Positions 12,801 to 24,800 of a stretch of DNA of 64,000 nt are shown here, piece by piece; position 1 is the stretch's first letter; each line of letters begins with the position of its first letter. The DNA lies in contig NMRA01000605.1 in the NCBI GenBank assembly GCA_002633005.1, positions 62,001 to 126,000 on the forward strand, written 5' to 3'. The notes below the pieces were generated by a model. It worked only from the letters and a program-made list of their open reading frames with translations, did no database searches and was not told where the DNA came from. A program made the position numbers and the translations under genes. The DNA is from Phoronis australis. Taxonomy: Eukaryota > Animalia > Phoronida.

Positions 12801-15800
12801 GGTTTGATCTACAACTCTGAAAATGTCACTAGCTGTGCTGCTTGTCAGAATGCGAAACCTGGTCGTGCACATGAAACCATTAACCAGTGGAGAGTGTATC
12901 CTTACTTTAATTTTTATGCTATTTAGCTGACAGTTTTGTGTTTTTACACTCTGTGCTCTATTGTTGTACATTTTTCCTTGAAATGCTTGCTTGCACTCAA
13001 AACTTGTAGTAACAATCCCAAAACAGGTGTTACACTTATTTTTGCACTATACGATACTAAATGATTGATTTTCAAAAAAACGCATTAAGTAATTATGCTA
13101 TTTTCTTTTGCCTATTCAGAGGCAGATTTCATTGTGGGTATCGAAAGAAGGATACCTTCAAAATGCTTGTCAGTAACTCAGGAACAAATATAGAATTGTA
13201 ACAAAAATGTTTCAGTGTGATAACATCTCTGGTTAGTGTGATTTTTGAGACATAGACTGTTTCGGCCTTTCAGTTTGTTCTGTTATTTTGTCACCCTCAG
13301 AAAGTACATAATATTTTGCTGCTCTGTGTAGGTACATCAATATTTTGTTGACATTATGTGCCCCTATTTTTTTGTTACCTTTCATAGGTATGTCTATATT
13401 TTGTTGCCTTCTGTAAGCCTGTCTCTATTTTGTCACCCTCCATAGGTACATCAATATTTGGGAAAACCACATCCTCTCGAGGGTTCACATTCTCTCCCAA
13501 ACCTGACTCAACCACCAATGTGAAGGAGGACACTGCATCAGCCGTGACGAGTCTGGATCAGTTCAAACCAGCTGAACGTGAGTGGGAATGTTCTTTTTTG
13601 ATCTACAACACTGAAGATGTCACTAGCTGTGCTGGTTGTAAGACAACGAAACCTGGTCACCCAGATGACGCCAAACCAGCAGAGAGTATACCCTCATTTT
13701 TATGCGCCCACATATTTATATCTGGATGCATTATCCCGTCATCCCCGTCCGTCCGACGTCTGTCTGGCTTTTGTTGCTCTATCTTCAAAACTCTTTGACG
13801 TTTGTTCATGAAATTTTGCATGTGTTCCTTTTATCGATGGGCGACATTAGCGAACTTTCGTACGGATTCGGCTTTCATTGTGTCCCCTAGTGGCAATTTC
13901 TTTACTTTACGAAACCACTCTTAGGGCGATTGTGAAAATACACGTGTGTTCTTACTATGAAGAGGATGGTGACGATGATTTTCCGACGACTTCGACTACT
14001 GTGGCGAATCCTAGTGGCATTTTTGTTTTGTTTTGCGCCCAAGGCTGTATCTCCTGAACCCTCTGCAGGATCTATGCTAAATTTAGCAAGTGTATTTATG
14101 TGAAGTTGACAATGACGACTTCCAGAAGGATCTGACTACCGGTGTCCTCCCTAGTGGCAGTTTTATTTTTTACGTTTGCCTCTGTATTTTCAAAGGTCCT
14201 CAACGGAGGACACTGCAAGATTTTTAGTAGTATGTGTATTTATATGAAATTAATAACAGACGACGACTTTCAGACGGATCCGATGAACGCTGTGCACCTA
14301 GTGGCAATTTCATTTTTTCCATTTTCTTTTGTGGCATGTTCCTGTTTTCAGATGGATTCGTCATATTTTGTGCCATCTTGTGGATATTTTTATGATACAA
14401 ATAAACAACCCTAGAAGCACGCCATTTGCAGTTCATTTGTGGGCGCTCTTCATCGCTCTGCATTGCTACTGTAATTTTTTAATATGATTTGACTAACCTC
14501 ATTTTGTTTATTTACACTTTGACCTCTATTGCTATTTTTTTTGCTTGAAATGCTAATTTACATTCAAACCCTGTAACAATCGCAAAACTGATGTTATAGT
14601 ATATTTTTGCCTTGTACAATATTGAATGAATCTGATTCGTTGGTTCCTTGAGCTTAAGGTAGGTGTATACACTGATCAAATCTCCAGGTTCCTAACTAAA
14701 ATGAGTAAAAAGGGAGTTTTTACTAGTTAGACATGATTCTGAAAGTGACAAAAATCGAAAAAAAAATGTTTTTTTGTAGTTCGTTTTTTTTAAAAATCGT
14801 ATTTTTTAATTTTCAACAAATCTAATTTTACCTCGAATTTTTTTTCAAAATGCACAGGGATCATCATCAACTATTTCCTTACGCAATATTCTANCAAACC
14901 CTGTAACAATCGCAAAACTGATGTTATAGTATATTTTTGCCTTGTACAATATTGAATGAATCTGATTCGCTGGTTCTTTGAGCTTAAGGTGCTGATTTAA
15001 CCAACATAGGCACTGTTCTCATTACGATGGATTAGGCAGCCGTGAATTTGTTATGCTGGGATCAGTGAAACATGTTTTGTTTTCACCAGAATCCCATTTT
15101 AGCCATGCACAGCTCTGTTTATATAAATTGTGCAATTCATGAAATCGCGAACTGAGCAAGGCCAACATGACTGTATTCATGATGTGGATATCTGGAGTAA
15201 CACTGTTTTGCTAGACAGTCTAGAGTAATCTGCCTGTAGAAATTCTTCACGTCTGTAGAGCACAATATGGCTGAGAGGTAGACCATTATTTTTGTCAAAC
15301 AATAAGTGGAAACAATAATTGTGCTTTACGTAGTTTGTGCTTTTAACCGGCATAAAATAACCATTGGCAAACCTGTGACTATTTGAGGCGCGATAATTGG
15401 CTGTTGAGTAATCAGAAATGTCAGTCTTAAAGATCCTAGAATTAGTGACAAATAATTAAAATCTAAAATTAGCAAACAAAATAAATATGTGAGCATAGCC
15501 TTTCCATTACATACAGATTTCTTGTTAATTTTAGAGCCCATAGGACAAGTCAGTTTTGCACCAAAAGGAGGGTTCGTCTTCAGTGGGTTATCTACTGTGC
15601 CTGCATCCACGCCACCTGTTGTTGAATCAACTAGTTCACAACTGACCACGACGGCAGCTGCAATTTCCAACAGCCAGACTCCCATCTCTCCTCCAAAGTT
15701 TGTCCCATCTGGCTTCAACTTTTCTTTCACAATGGGTGAAAGCAGTAAAGCTAGCTCAGCTGACAAACCTGCCTCTACCAATGTCTTTAGTGGCTTTTCA

Positions 15801-18800
15801 TTTGCGTCCAAACCAGACGTGTCAACGACTACAGTGGTAGAAGGAGATTCTGAACCTAAGAATGAGGCCCCCAAGCCATTTGCTGGTTTTTCACTGGTCA
15901 GCTCATCAACTACTGGCACGTCAGGATTCTCATTTAGCCAGCCCACTATCCCCACAACTGTAAGTGCTGAGGTCAACAATGAAGATGACGAGGGACCGCA
16001 TGAAACTAGTTATGAAGCGGATGTTTATTTCACGCCAATTGTCGAGCTGCCGGAAGCTGTGGCTGTTCAGAGTGGTGAGGAGGAAGAGGTGGCGCTGTTC
16101 TGTGAACGTGCCAAGTTGTTTCGCTATGACAGCTCGGCCAAGCAGTGGAAGGACCGTGGCATAGGTGAGATGAAGATCCTGACGCACACGACAAAGGAGC
16201 AGTGGCGTGTGCTGATGAGACGCGAGCAGGTAAGGTTTCTGCAGATGTACGGTATTTCTCTAATTATGTTGCCCAAAAATACTTGGATAATGGTTATCTT
16301 TCCACATTTCAAAAGGCTATTACCTTTTTGTATATAAGATGAGTTTCATCAAATGTTGTTTTATGACATCTAAACACTACAATCCGTGCTTTTAATAGAC
16401 TAAAATGTTCTTAATTTCTATTTTTGTGGAGAAATTTAGCAAAACATAATTTCTCTTGTTGGCCATATTGTGTGCTAAATAAGTGTGGAATTACTGTAAC
16501 AGTATTTAGTGAAAGGTTAGACAAATGATGGTTGGATCTCTTAGCTATGGGTAATGTTTGGTGTTTATGTGAAAAAGGATGCAGTGGTTGAGTAATGTTT
16601 GAATGTTGCTGGAAAGGTTTCTCTATCAGTTAGTATTTACGCCTGCATTGTTTATTGTAAATGTGTTTCTGTTCAACAAACAATGGTCACAAAATGTTAT
16701 CATTCTGCCTGACAGTTGTATGGCAAGTGGGGAGACTCTGGCTTTGTGGCAAAGTAGTCGTAGCCGGTCACTGTATGCTGACTGTGGTGCCATCAGTAAC
16801 ACTGTTATTAGCCTTAGGCTAACTTTTTGTCAACTGTACAAGCTTGTTTGCTATTGATCAGAAATTTTTATAAACTCAGCTTTTAATTTTTGCATGACAT
16901 CCATTCTACAGTTTCTAATTCGCCTGACAATGCAGATCCGTGCACCATTATACAAAGGTAGTCTGTATATCGCTAGGTACTGAAGGTGTGTGCAAACCAC
17001 CTGATCTCAGCCGACATGAAGGTAGGCCCCATGGCGGGCTGTGACCGGGCCTGGTCGTGGTTTGCCATCGACTTTGCTGAGGACAGCCAGCGAGAGGAGA
17101 TGTTGGCATGCAAGTTCAAGACAATAGAAATCGCTGACAAGTTCAAGATGGTGTTTGAGGAGTGCGTGGAGAAGGTAACCTGCAAAGGAGGGGCACGGCC
17201 GAAGACGACTGCAGGCGAGGCGACAGGTAGGTGTAATAGTGTGACTTCATGTTTATGAAGTACTGAAGCCAGTTCTGTCAATGGTTATATATTCAGTTAC
17301 AGGAAAGGATGTTGTGTTAACTTAATGTGTAGCAATGAAAACAAGTGCATTCAGAATCATGTCAGTGTGGACCTGTCTGGCCTGTCATTTTTTTGATAAA
17401 ACTGGCCCTTGGAGTTTTCTATGAACGACTTCAGCCGACTATACAAAGCCTGACGGGCTGCATAGTGTAAGTGAGAGATCAAGAGCTAGGGTTTGGTGGA
17501 AATGTTTTAAGTAAATGTGCCTCTAATTAGCAGTGGATTGGAGATCCTGTATGTTAGTCCCTCTCAGTCACTGGATATGGCTGTCCTGTCTTTTGGTCAA
17601 AATGTGTATAATTTGAATTTTTTACTTTGTATTACTCTGCTATTGATAGGGTCATGCAACCATGTCTTTTAAGAAACTTTAGGAAAAAAGAAATTGAGGT
17701 ACATTCATAACAAGGAAAAGTTTCAAAAATATAAACAAACTTTGTTTGATAGAAATTTTCACCATGTTTTGTTTTCATTTTGTTTAAGCTTTTGAATTTA
17801 TTCATGAAAATCATTTAAGTCTTATTTTTTCATGCATAAGTGCAACAATTTTAAAACAGTGCCTAACAGCATTTTGGAGGACAGTGTACAAAGCTATTTG
17901 AATGGTTCATATGAATGAATCCAATCAGTTGTTTCTGAGACATGATGTTCCAAATTTGACAGCTTTCTATGGTCCTACACAACTTTTAAAGATAACTATC
18001 AATCACAGGTTTACAAAGTCAATCAACTTCATGTGTGGGGTTATTTGTTCTATTCAACAGGTCAGAAGTTCCCCGATTATCATTTTTGTTGTCAAGTTCA
18101 TACTTGTGATTCTGTCCACTAGGTGTCACTGATAGCGGTGGTGTCCAAGATTCGGAAGTCGCCTCTACCGAAGATGGTAAGAAGTATTGTATTAACAATG
18201 TTTTGCGTAATGTGTTTTGTGGTGAGATCTCCTGAGTGTGGTTGTTTGTTTTTGAAATTCTGAAGCATTGAAGACAGAAATTGTACATCCTGATGCTGTG
18301 GTCAACAGTATTCTTTGCCTTTTTATTGTGGAAAAATTCCTTACTGTTAGCGCTGAAAACTTAGACATTTTCTTGCAAAACTGGTGTCAAGTCTGAAAAT
18401 ACAAGCATCAAAAGTTTCTGAAGTTTTTGAAAATTTTTCTTCAAAAAATTGATGAAAACTTCATTCTTTTGCTATTAAGCAAATTCTATGTTACCCAAGT
18501 GTTATTACTGACCACAATTCATTCACTTACTAGTGTAAAGACTACCTTCAGCATAATAGTTTTATATCAGTGTTAATCTTCTCGCTCTTTAAACACTCTT
18601 TGACCTTTGAAAACTGACCCGTGGAGTTTTCCACAAATCAACTCAGCTGAATGCATGACCAATAAGAAGATACACGGTCTCACAGGTTGCATTGTATGAA
18701 GTGAGAGACCAAGGTCATTTGATGGAAATGTTGTAAATTAGTCTGTCACTCTAAAAAGCAATTCATTGGGGATGGTGTCCCTCAATGTATGCTGGGCCCT

Positions 18801-21800
18801 GACCCTCAGTGATTAGGGGTGTCCTGTACCTCTGCTGCCACCTGAGAATGTTTAGGTTGACATGTCTCCTTCCATCTGATGTAGGAGTGTACCACATTGC
18901 TGTGTCCTGGTACTAAGATTATTGGGTTCCTGAAGTTCTTTTCTTGGGGTTGAGCTTTGGAATAGTGAGAGTATGCCAAACATGAAAATTATTGTACTCG
19001 GTTGAGTGCTGGAAATCCAAGAATCTCACCTAGGAACCTACTGTGTTTACATGTTTCACTTGTATCACTGGGGATATCTCGTCAAGTCTTGCGTGATCTT
19101 GCATTTTGCAACTTAAGGTTCTTTTTTTGCAAAGTTCACATATCTAATGCATGCCATGTCTTTGATGCCCCGTCTCCACTGGATAGACCCCAAACATTTT
19201 TATTACATGACCCGTATCACAGATTTCCAAAGCCTATCAGCTTAAGGCTATCTCAAAATCTTATTCACTAAAATTGGCTGTTTTTACAATATTTCACATG
19301 TCTAGCAAAACTCCTTATCTTCATTCTCGGGAAACTTAAATACGGAGTATATACAGTGTAGCAAGGAAAAAAGATTTAGCAGGCCTCTATGACTTTGTGT
19401 TCACAAACACACCAAGTTGTGAAAAGAAATAAATCCTCGCCCAAATTCATTAATTTGATCTGTAATTTGACATTTTGCTGTCAGTTTCAGTCTGATGCTC
19501 ACAACGTGCTTTATCTACCGACTCAATTTCTGTTGTCCATTTTGTTCTTGGTTTGAAAGTTCAAATAGTGAACATGGTTAAGGCACTTATAAGTTATATT
19601 GATCAAAAACAAGTTTTCACCTAATAATTAAGTAATAATTGTCAGATTTTGAAGACTCATATTATTTTTAGCTTTTTCTTGGTTTCAACAAACCGACTTA
19701 GTTTCAACTTGCGTTTTCGGAAACGGCTTGCTGAATTTCACTGAAGGTTTCCGATTTTAATATTCATCAATCTTGAAAATGCTGTTAGGGTTTTCCTTTT
19801 AAACCCTTAATCTTTGCGTACCACTAGAGAGATGGATACAACTACTATTTTTACAAAAAAAGATCTTTTCGAGAGTTATTTTGGCATAGGGAAATAAAAC
19901 TAAGTGAGTAGTTGAAAATTCCTAACAGCCATGTTTGAGGTGAATTGTAAAGTTTTCATTTAAAAGGGTTTCATTAAAATCTACCACAGGGTTATTTTAC
20001 TATGGCTGTACCTTTCTTAAAAATTTTGACTTGTATAAGATTTTAGCTTAATAATAATAATGATGCCACATCAATCTGAACAATCATATTGTAATAATCT
20101 CTCATTTTGTTCCTTTCAGAAAATCCGTACTTTTAGTAGTTGATGTTGCCTGTTTTTTGATATATAACTTAGAATGAAGGTCACTTAATAGGTTTTGAGA
20201 TATCCTTAAAGTGTTGGGATATTTGTACTATTCAATGCATCATCAGTTTTCAAGTTCATACTTGTGTTTCTGTCCACTAGGTGTCGTTGAAAACATTGGT
20301 GTCCAAGATTTGGAAGGATCCTCTACTGAAGATGGTGAGAAGTGCTGTATTAGCAATGTTTGTGTATTTAGTGGTGAGGTCTCCTGAGTGTGGATGTTAC
20401 ATTAAGAAATTCTGAAGCAGTGAAGACAAAGTTTGTACATTCAGATGCTGTGGCCAACAGTATTCTTTACCTTTTTATTGTGAAAAAGTCCTTACTATGA
20501 GCACTGAGAATTTCATCCTTTTATTACAAAGCTGTGGATTTTAAGATCAGATATGTCCTGAAAAAAATTCTGGAGATTTTGAGCATGTTCTCCAAAGTCA
20601 AAAATTGATGAAAACTTCATCCTTTTCCTCTAAACTAATTCCTTGTAACCCACATGTTGTTATCTACCATTAATTCGTTCACTGACTAGTGTATAAAATA
20701 CAACAAGACTCTCTTCAAAATGATTTTCCAGTTTTATATCGATGTTCATCTTGTTCTATGTAAATGCACTATTATTCAGTCTTTATCTTTGGTAACAGCT
20801 TTTGACATCTTTTAATTGAGGATATTAGGCAAAAAGCTATAATTTCTATCTCATTTAGATGAGGTGATCTTTGTGAGCGAGAGACTGCCATCCCCAGACA
20901 AGGTAGAGTTAGCCCGCAAATACTTACTGCCCGACACATTTTACTTGTACGAAGAAGCCCCACCCTGTCCTGGTTGCAGGGGCTGTGAAGATTATGTTCC
21001 TGAACAATCTGTGCCAGCAGTATCAGACGATGACCAGGTGCCTGAACTATCGGCCACGGAGCCTGGGGCTGATGCAGAGGAACCAAGTGAGTTTGACTAT
21101 CAAAGAAATATTTTTTATTGTTAAATTCATAAGCACAATATGCAAGATGTAGGTCTCTTTCACAATCCAGTCGGGGGAAATATATTTTGTCGCAATTGGC
21201 TATTCACAATTGTTGAAATACTCAGTGTGCTATGACTTTTTCAAGAGTTATGTCCCTGTGATATTGAAATTACTTAGAACAAGTAGTACTCTTAGTTAGG
21301 TTGGATAAGTTCAATATTAAGGTTCAGGAAAGCTTGTCCTTTGTTGTTAATGATGTTTAGCCAAGCTCTAGCTTCCAAAAACCCATTGGAGAGAAGAACT
21401 GAGCTTATGAATACGTAATGTTACATGTTGTGACATGAAGCTATAGTGTGGTTATATTTACCACTGAATAATTTAGTGCTGTCATTTCTGGTCATTGTTA
21501 AAATTGTCTTAACATGGTGAAATTAAAACATGTGCATGTTGGTTTCCTGTTCTGTGTTTGTTGTGGATAATTGTTGTTGCATTAATGTTCTTATTCCAGT
21601 TAGACTTCGATACAAAACTGTTTAGGACTTTGAATTTTGAAAACTATGACTGCTTTAAACAGAATTGACTTGCAGTATAACTGATTATTCTAATAGTGTT
21701 GACCAACTGTATTTCAGTGAACAATTTTTATGATGCCTGTAATGGGGACTCCTGTTTGAGCTTCGCTATTTCAGAGTCCATAGACAATAATATCACTTTT

Positions 21801-24800
21801 GACATTAGAATGTTGCCGTTCTATGTTAACTCATTCATTTTAGCTGCCTCCAGCATATTTGCCAATTCTACAGTCGCAGGGATTTCCTTTTCATCTGTGG
21901 CAGCCACATCTGGTGGTGAATCTGGATTTGGAAGCAGCCATGGTAAGTTGAGCATTAAGTATAGAGTTGAAATTAAATATATTTGATAATTTGCTTGCTG
22001 CATTACGTTGAGCATTATATTGGGATGTGGGATTGTATAGAGTTGAAGTAAAATATACTTGATAATTTGTATAGAGTTGAAGTTGAAAATACTTGATAAT
22101 TTGTATAGAGTTGAAGTTGAAAATACTTGATAATTTGTATAGAGTTGAAGTTAAATATACTTCATAATTTGCTTGCTGCATTTACGCTAGCTTATAAAGT
22201 AGGGTTGGTATTTGTAATTTTGAAAAAAATGTCAGATTATAAAGAGAAATGTCAAGTTACTGGAGTTTTAAATTAAAGGAATGGTTGTAAAAATCAATCC
22301 CTGTCATGTGTCTGTCTGTAATTCAGAAATTTTCAAGCAGCTTGTCACTGGGGGTCACTTTCAGTAATCATCCTGTTCCATTGTGTAATGTGTTATTAGT
22401 GTTAGCAGAAAATGCTTTTGTCAGATGACAAGTGTTGTTTTACAGTCTGTGTGTGACTGTTTCAAGGCGTGGTATACACTCAGGATGAAAACTGCATGTA
22501 ATCAGCCATATGTAATATAATTGTATTAGATGATCATTGCAAGTAATCCAGTATGTTAAAAGTTTGGGAGACTAAGATCACCATTTGATGTTGTGTTTCT
22601 TTTAGGTTTGTATTGGGGAGAAGCCATATAAACCAGTGATGGTTGTTATTTCTCCTGTTATTCTGCCTATTATCTCCCGTGCAATGTCCCCTATTGTTTA
22701 ACCCGTCATTGCCATGCATGTCTGTCTGTCTGCAGCTAGGAAGCCGTTCCAGTGGTCTGGAGCTGGTGCAACTCTGTTTACACCTAACACTGAGGAGAGC
22801 GAGGAGAACCCTGAGGACCCCTCTGACCACGACCCGCACTATGAACCCATTATATCCTTGCCTGACCAGGTGGAGGTTAAAACTGGTAAGTATGGTATGA
22901 TTTGTGCGTGTCTGTCTTTGCAGGAGGATCTGTCAGACTTATATTTACTTGTTTGTAGGTTTCTCTGTATGCCTGTCTGTGACAATTGCACTACACTATC
23001 CTCATTCATCTATGTTGCTATGTCACATCCATCCAAATCATACACACCACCTTTCTCCATTTGCCTTTACCCACTTGTTGGATAGAAAGACAAGAGGATT
23101 TAGAAGTGATTCTTTGGAAGGCAAATGAACTGGTTTAGATGAATACACAGTCCTGGTATATTGATCAGATGAGAGTAATGCACAACTGTTTCGTTTGCCT
23201 CTCTGTGCTGAACTCAAAGGATGCAGATCTTTATATCGGTGAACTCTCAATTGTGTTTTCCTTGTCTTTTCGAAGGTGAGGAAGATGACGAGATCATGTT
23301 CAGACACCGCTCAAAGTTTTTCCGTTTTGACAGCAAGGTGAAACAATGGAAGGAACGAGGAATCGGTGAAATGAAGATCTTGAAAAACACCAAGTCTGGT
23401 GAGTTTACATCTGTATGCAGCTGTATAACTGAGATTTTGCTGATGCAGGCACATAGGTTTTTTGAAACTTACTTTACTCCACATTTTGTGCATGAAACCA
23501 TGGATTATTAGCTATTAATAATTCAGTAAGATATTGTAATAATATATGTTATCAGTAACAGTTTAGTGGGACATTGTGGTTTGCATGCAGTAAGACTTGC
23601 AATGCTAATATATAATGTTCATGACTGGTTCACTCTTTTTATGTTAAGTACCGAAATTTGGAGAAGATGTCAAAGGCTATGGTATGAAATTACCAGCCAA
23701 GGCACTGTTTGAGGAATGTGTTAGCATATTTTTAATGCATTGTTGCGATAATTATGCTAGCAACATGATCTAAAACATTCGCAAGTGATCTAGCGGTTTC
23801 TCTTCACTGAGAACTCGACTTCTTACAATATTGTGAATTTCAATTGGCAATTGTTCTTCAACTAGTGGCTCAGGTTGACTTGTTGATTGTCTGAATGTGT
23901 TTTGTCTTGTTGATGTCATAACACGAGTGTCCTGCAAAGTGAAAATAGGAATTCCCAAGCCACTGGCAACAGAACGGGGGTGCAGAATTAATTATCTGGT
24001 GAGCATACTTCAGCCATGTGGAGGTGATTTTGTGCATTGTTTTTCAACCAAAACTCGGCATGCTTCTCTGCCCTCCAGGTAAATACCGCCTTGTCCATAG
24101 ACGGGAACAGGTGTTCAAGGTGGTGTGCAACCAGAATATCACAGCAGACATGGAGCTGAAGCTCATGGCGACGTCAGAGACTGCCTGGTGTTGGTTCGGC
24201 ATGGACTTCTCAGAGAGTGATGGTGGGGATGAGCCTGCCATCGAGCAGTTTGCAATTAAATTTAAGGTATGTGCTGGTGTGTTCAGACCAGTATTTTTGC
24301 AAATACATTTTACTTCACTGCTTTGATTAGTAGTTTGCTTGCTAATTAGTAGAGCGTGGCACTACAGTAGTCTTCCAGAGTTGACAAATTTTATTGAAAT
24401 TGGCCAAGCTTTGTCCAAGTTCAAGGTGAAAAGAAACCGTAAAAATCAATACTCTTATTCGTGTGAAAATTGCCAAAAATTGCCCCACATTTTGACATTA
24501 AGAGGTTTCACCAAATTTTTAAAAAACTAATAAACATGCTCTAAAAATGAACATTACTAAGCTTTTCCGGTAGTAGTGTGATCTTGCAGTTGTTCTCTCA
24601 TCACACTCTTTTAACACTATAAAGATTAGTAGGACAGATATTTCTAGTCTTACAGATTCAAGCTCAGACTGTGATCATAATTACTGCCCTGTATCTGTTG
24701 CTGTATGGCAAATTATGAGGACAGTTTTCTGCAAATATGCCCATGGGTGTATTTGGGGGAAGAGCATTTGTGAGTTCTAAGCTTTCCCAAGTTTAATAAG

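Noticed and set aside
15326-15979. Antisense 217-aa ORF (also 52310-52963 and 55188-55817)
   Set aside because: Shadow of the Ser/Thr-rich RanBP2 exon; its apparent conservation only reflects the duplication.
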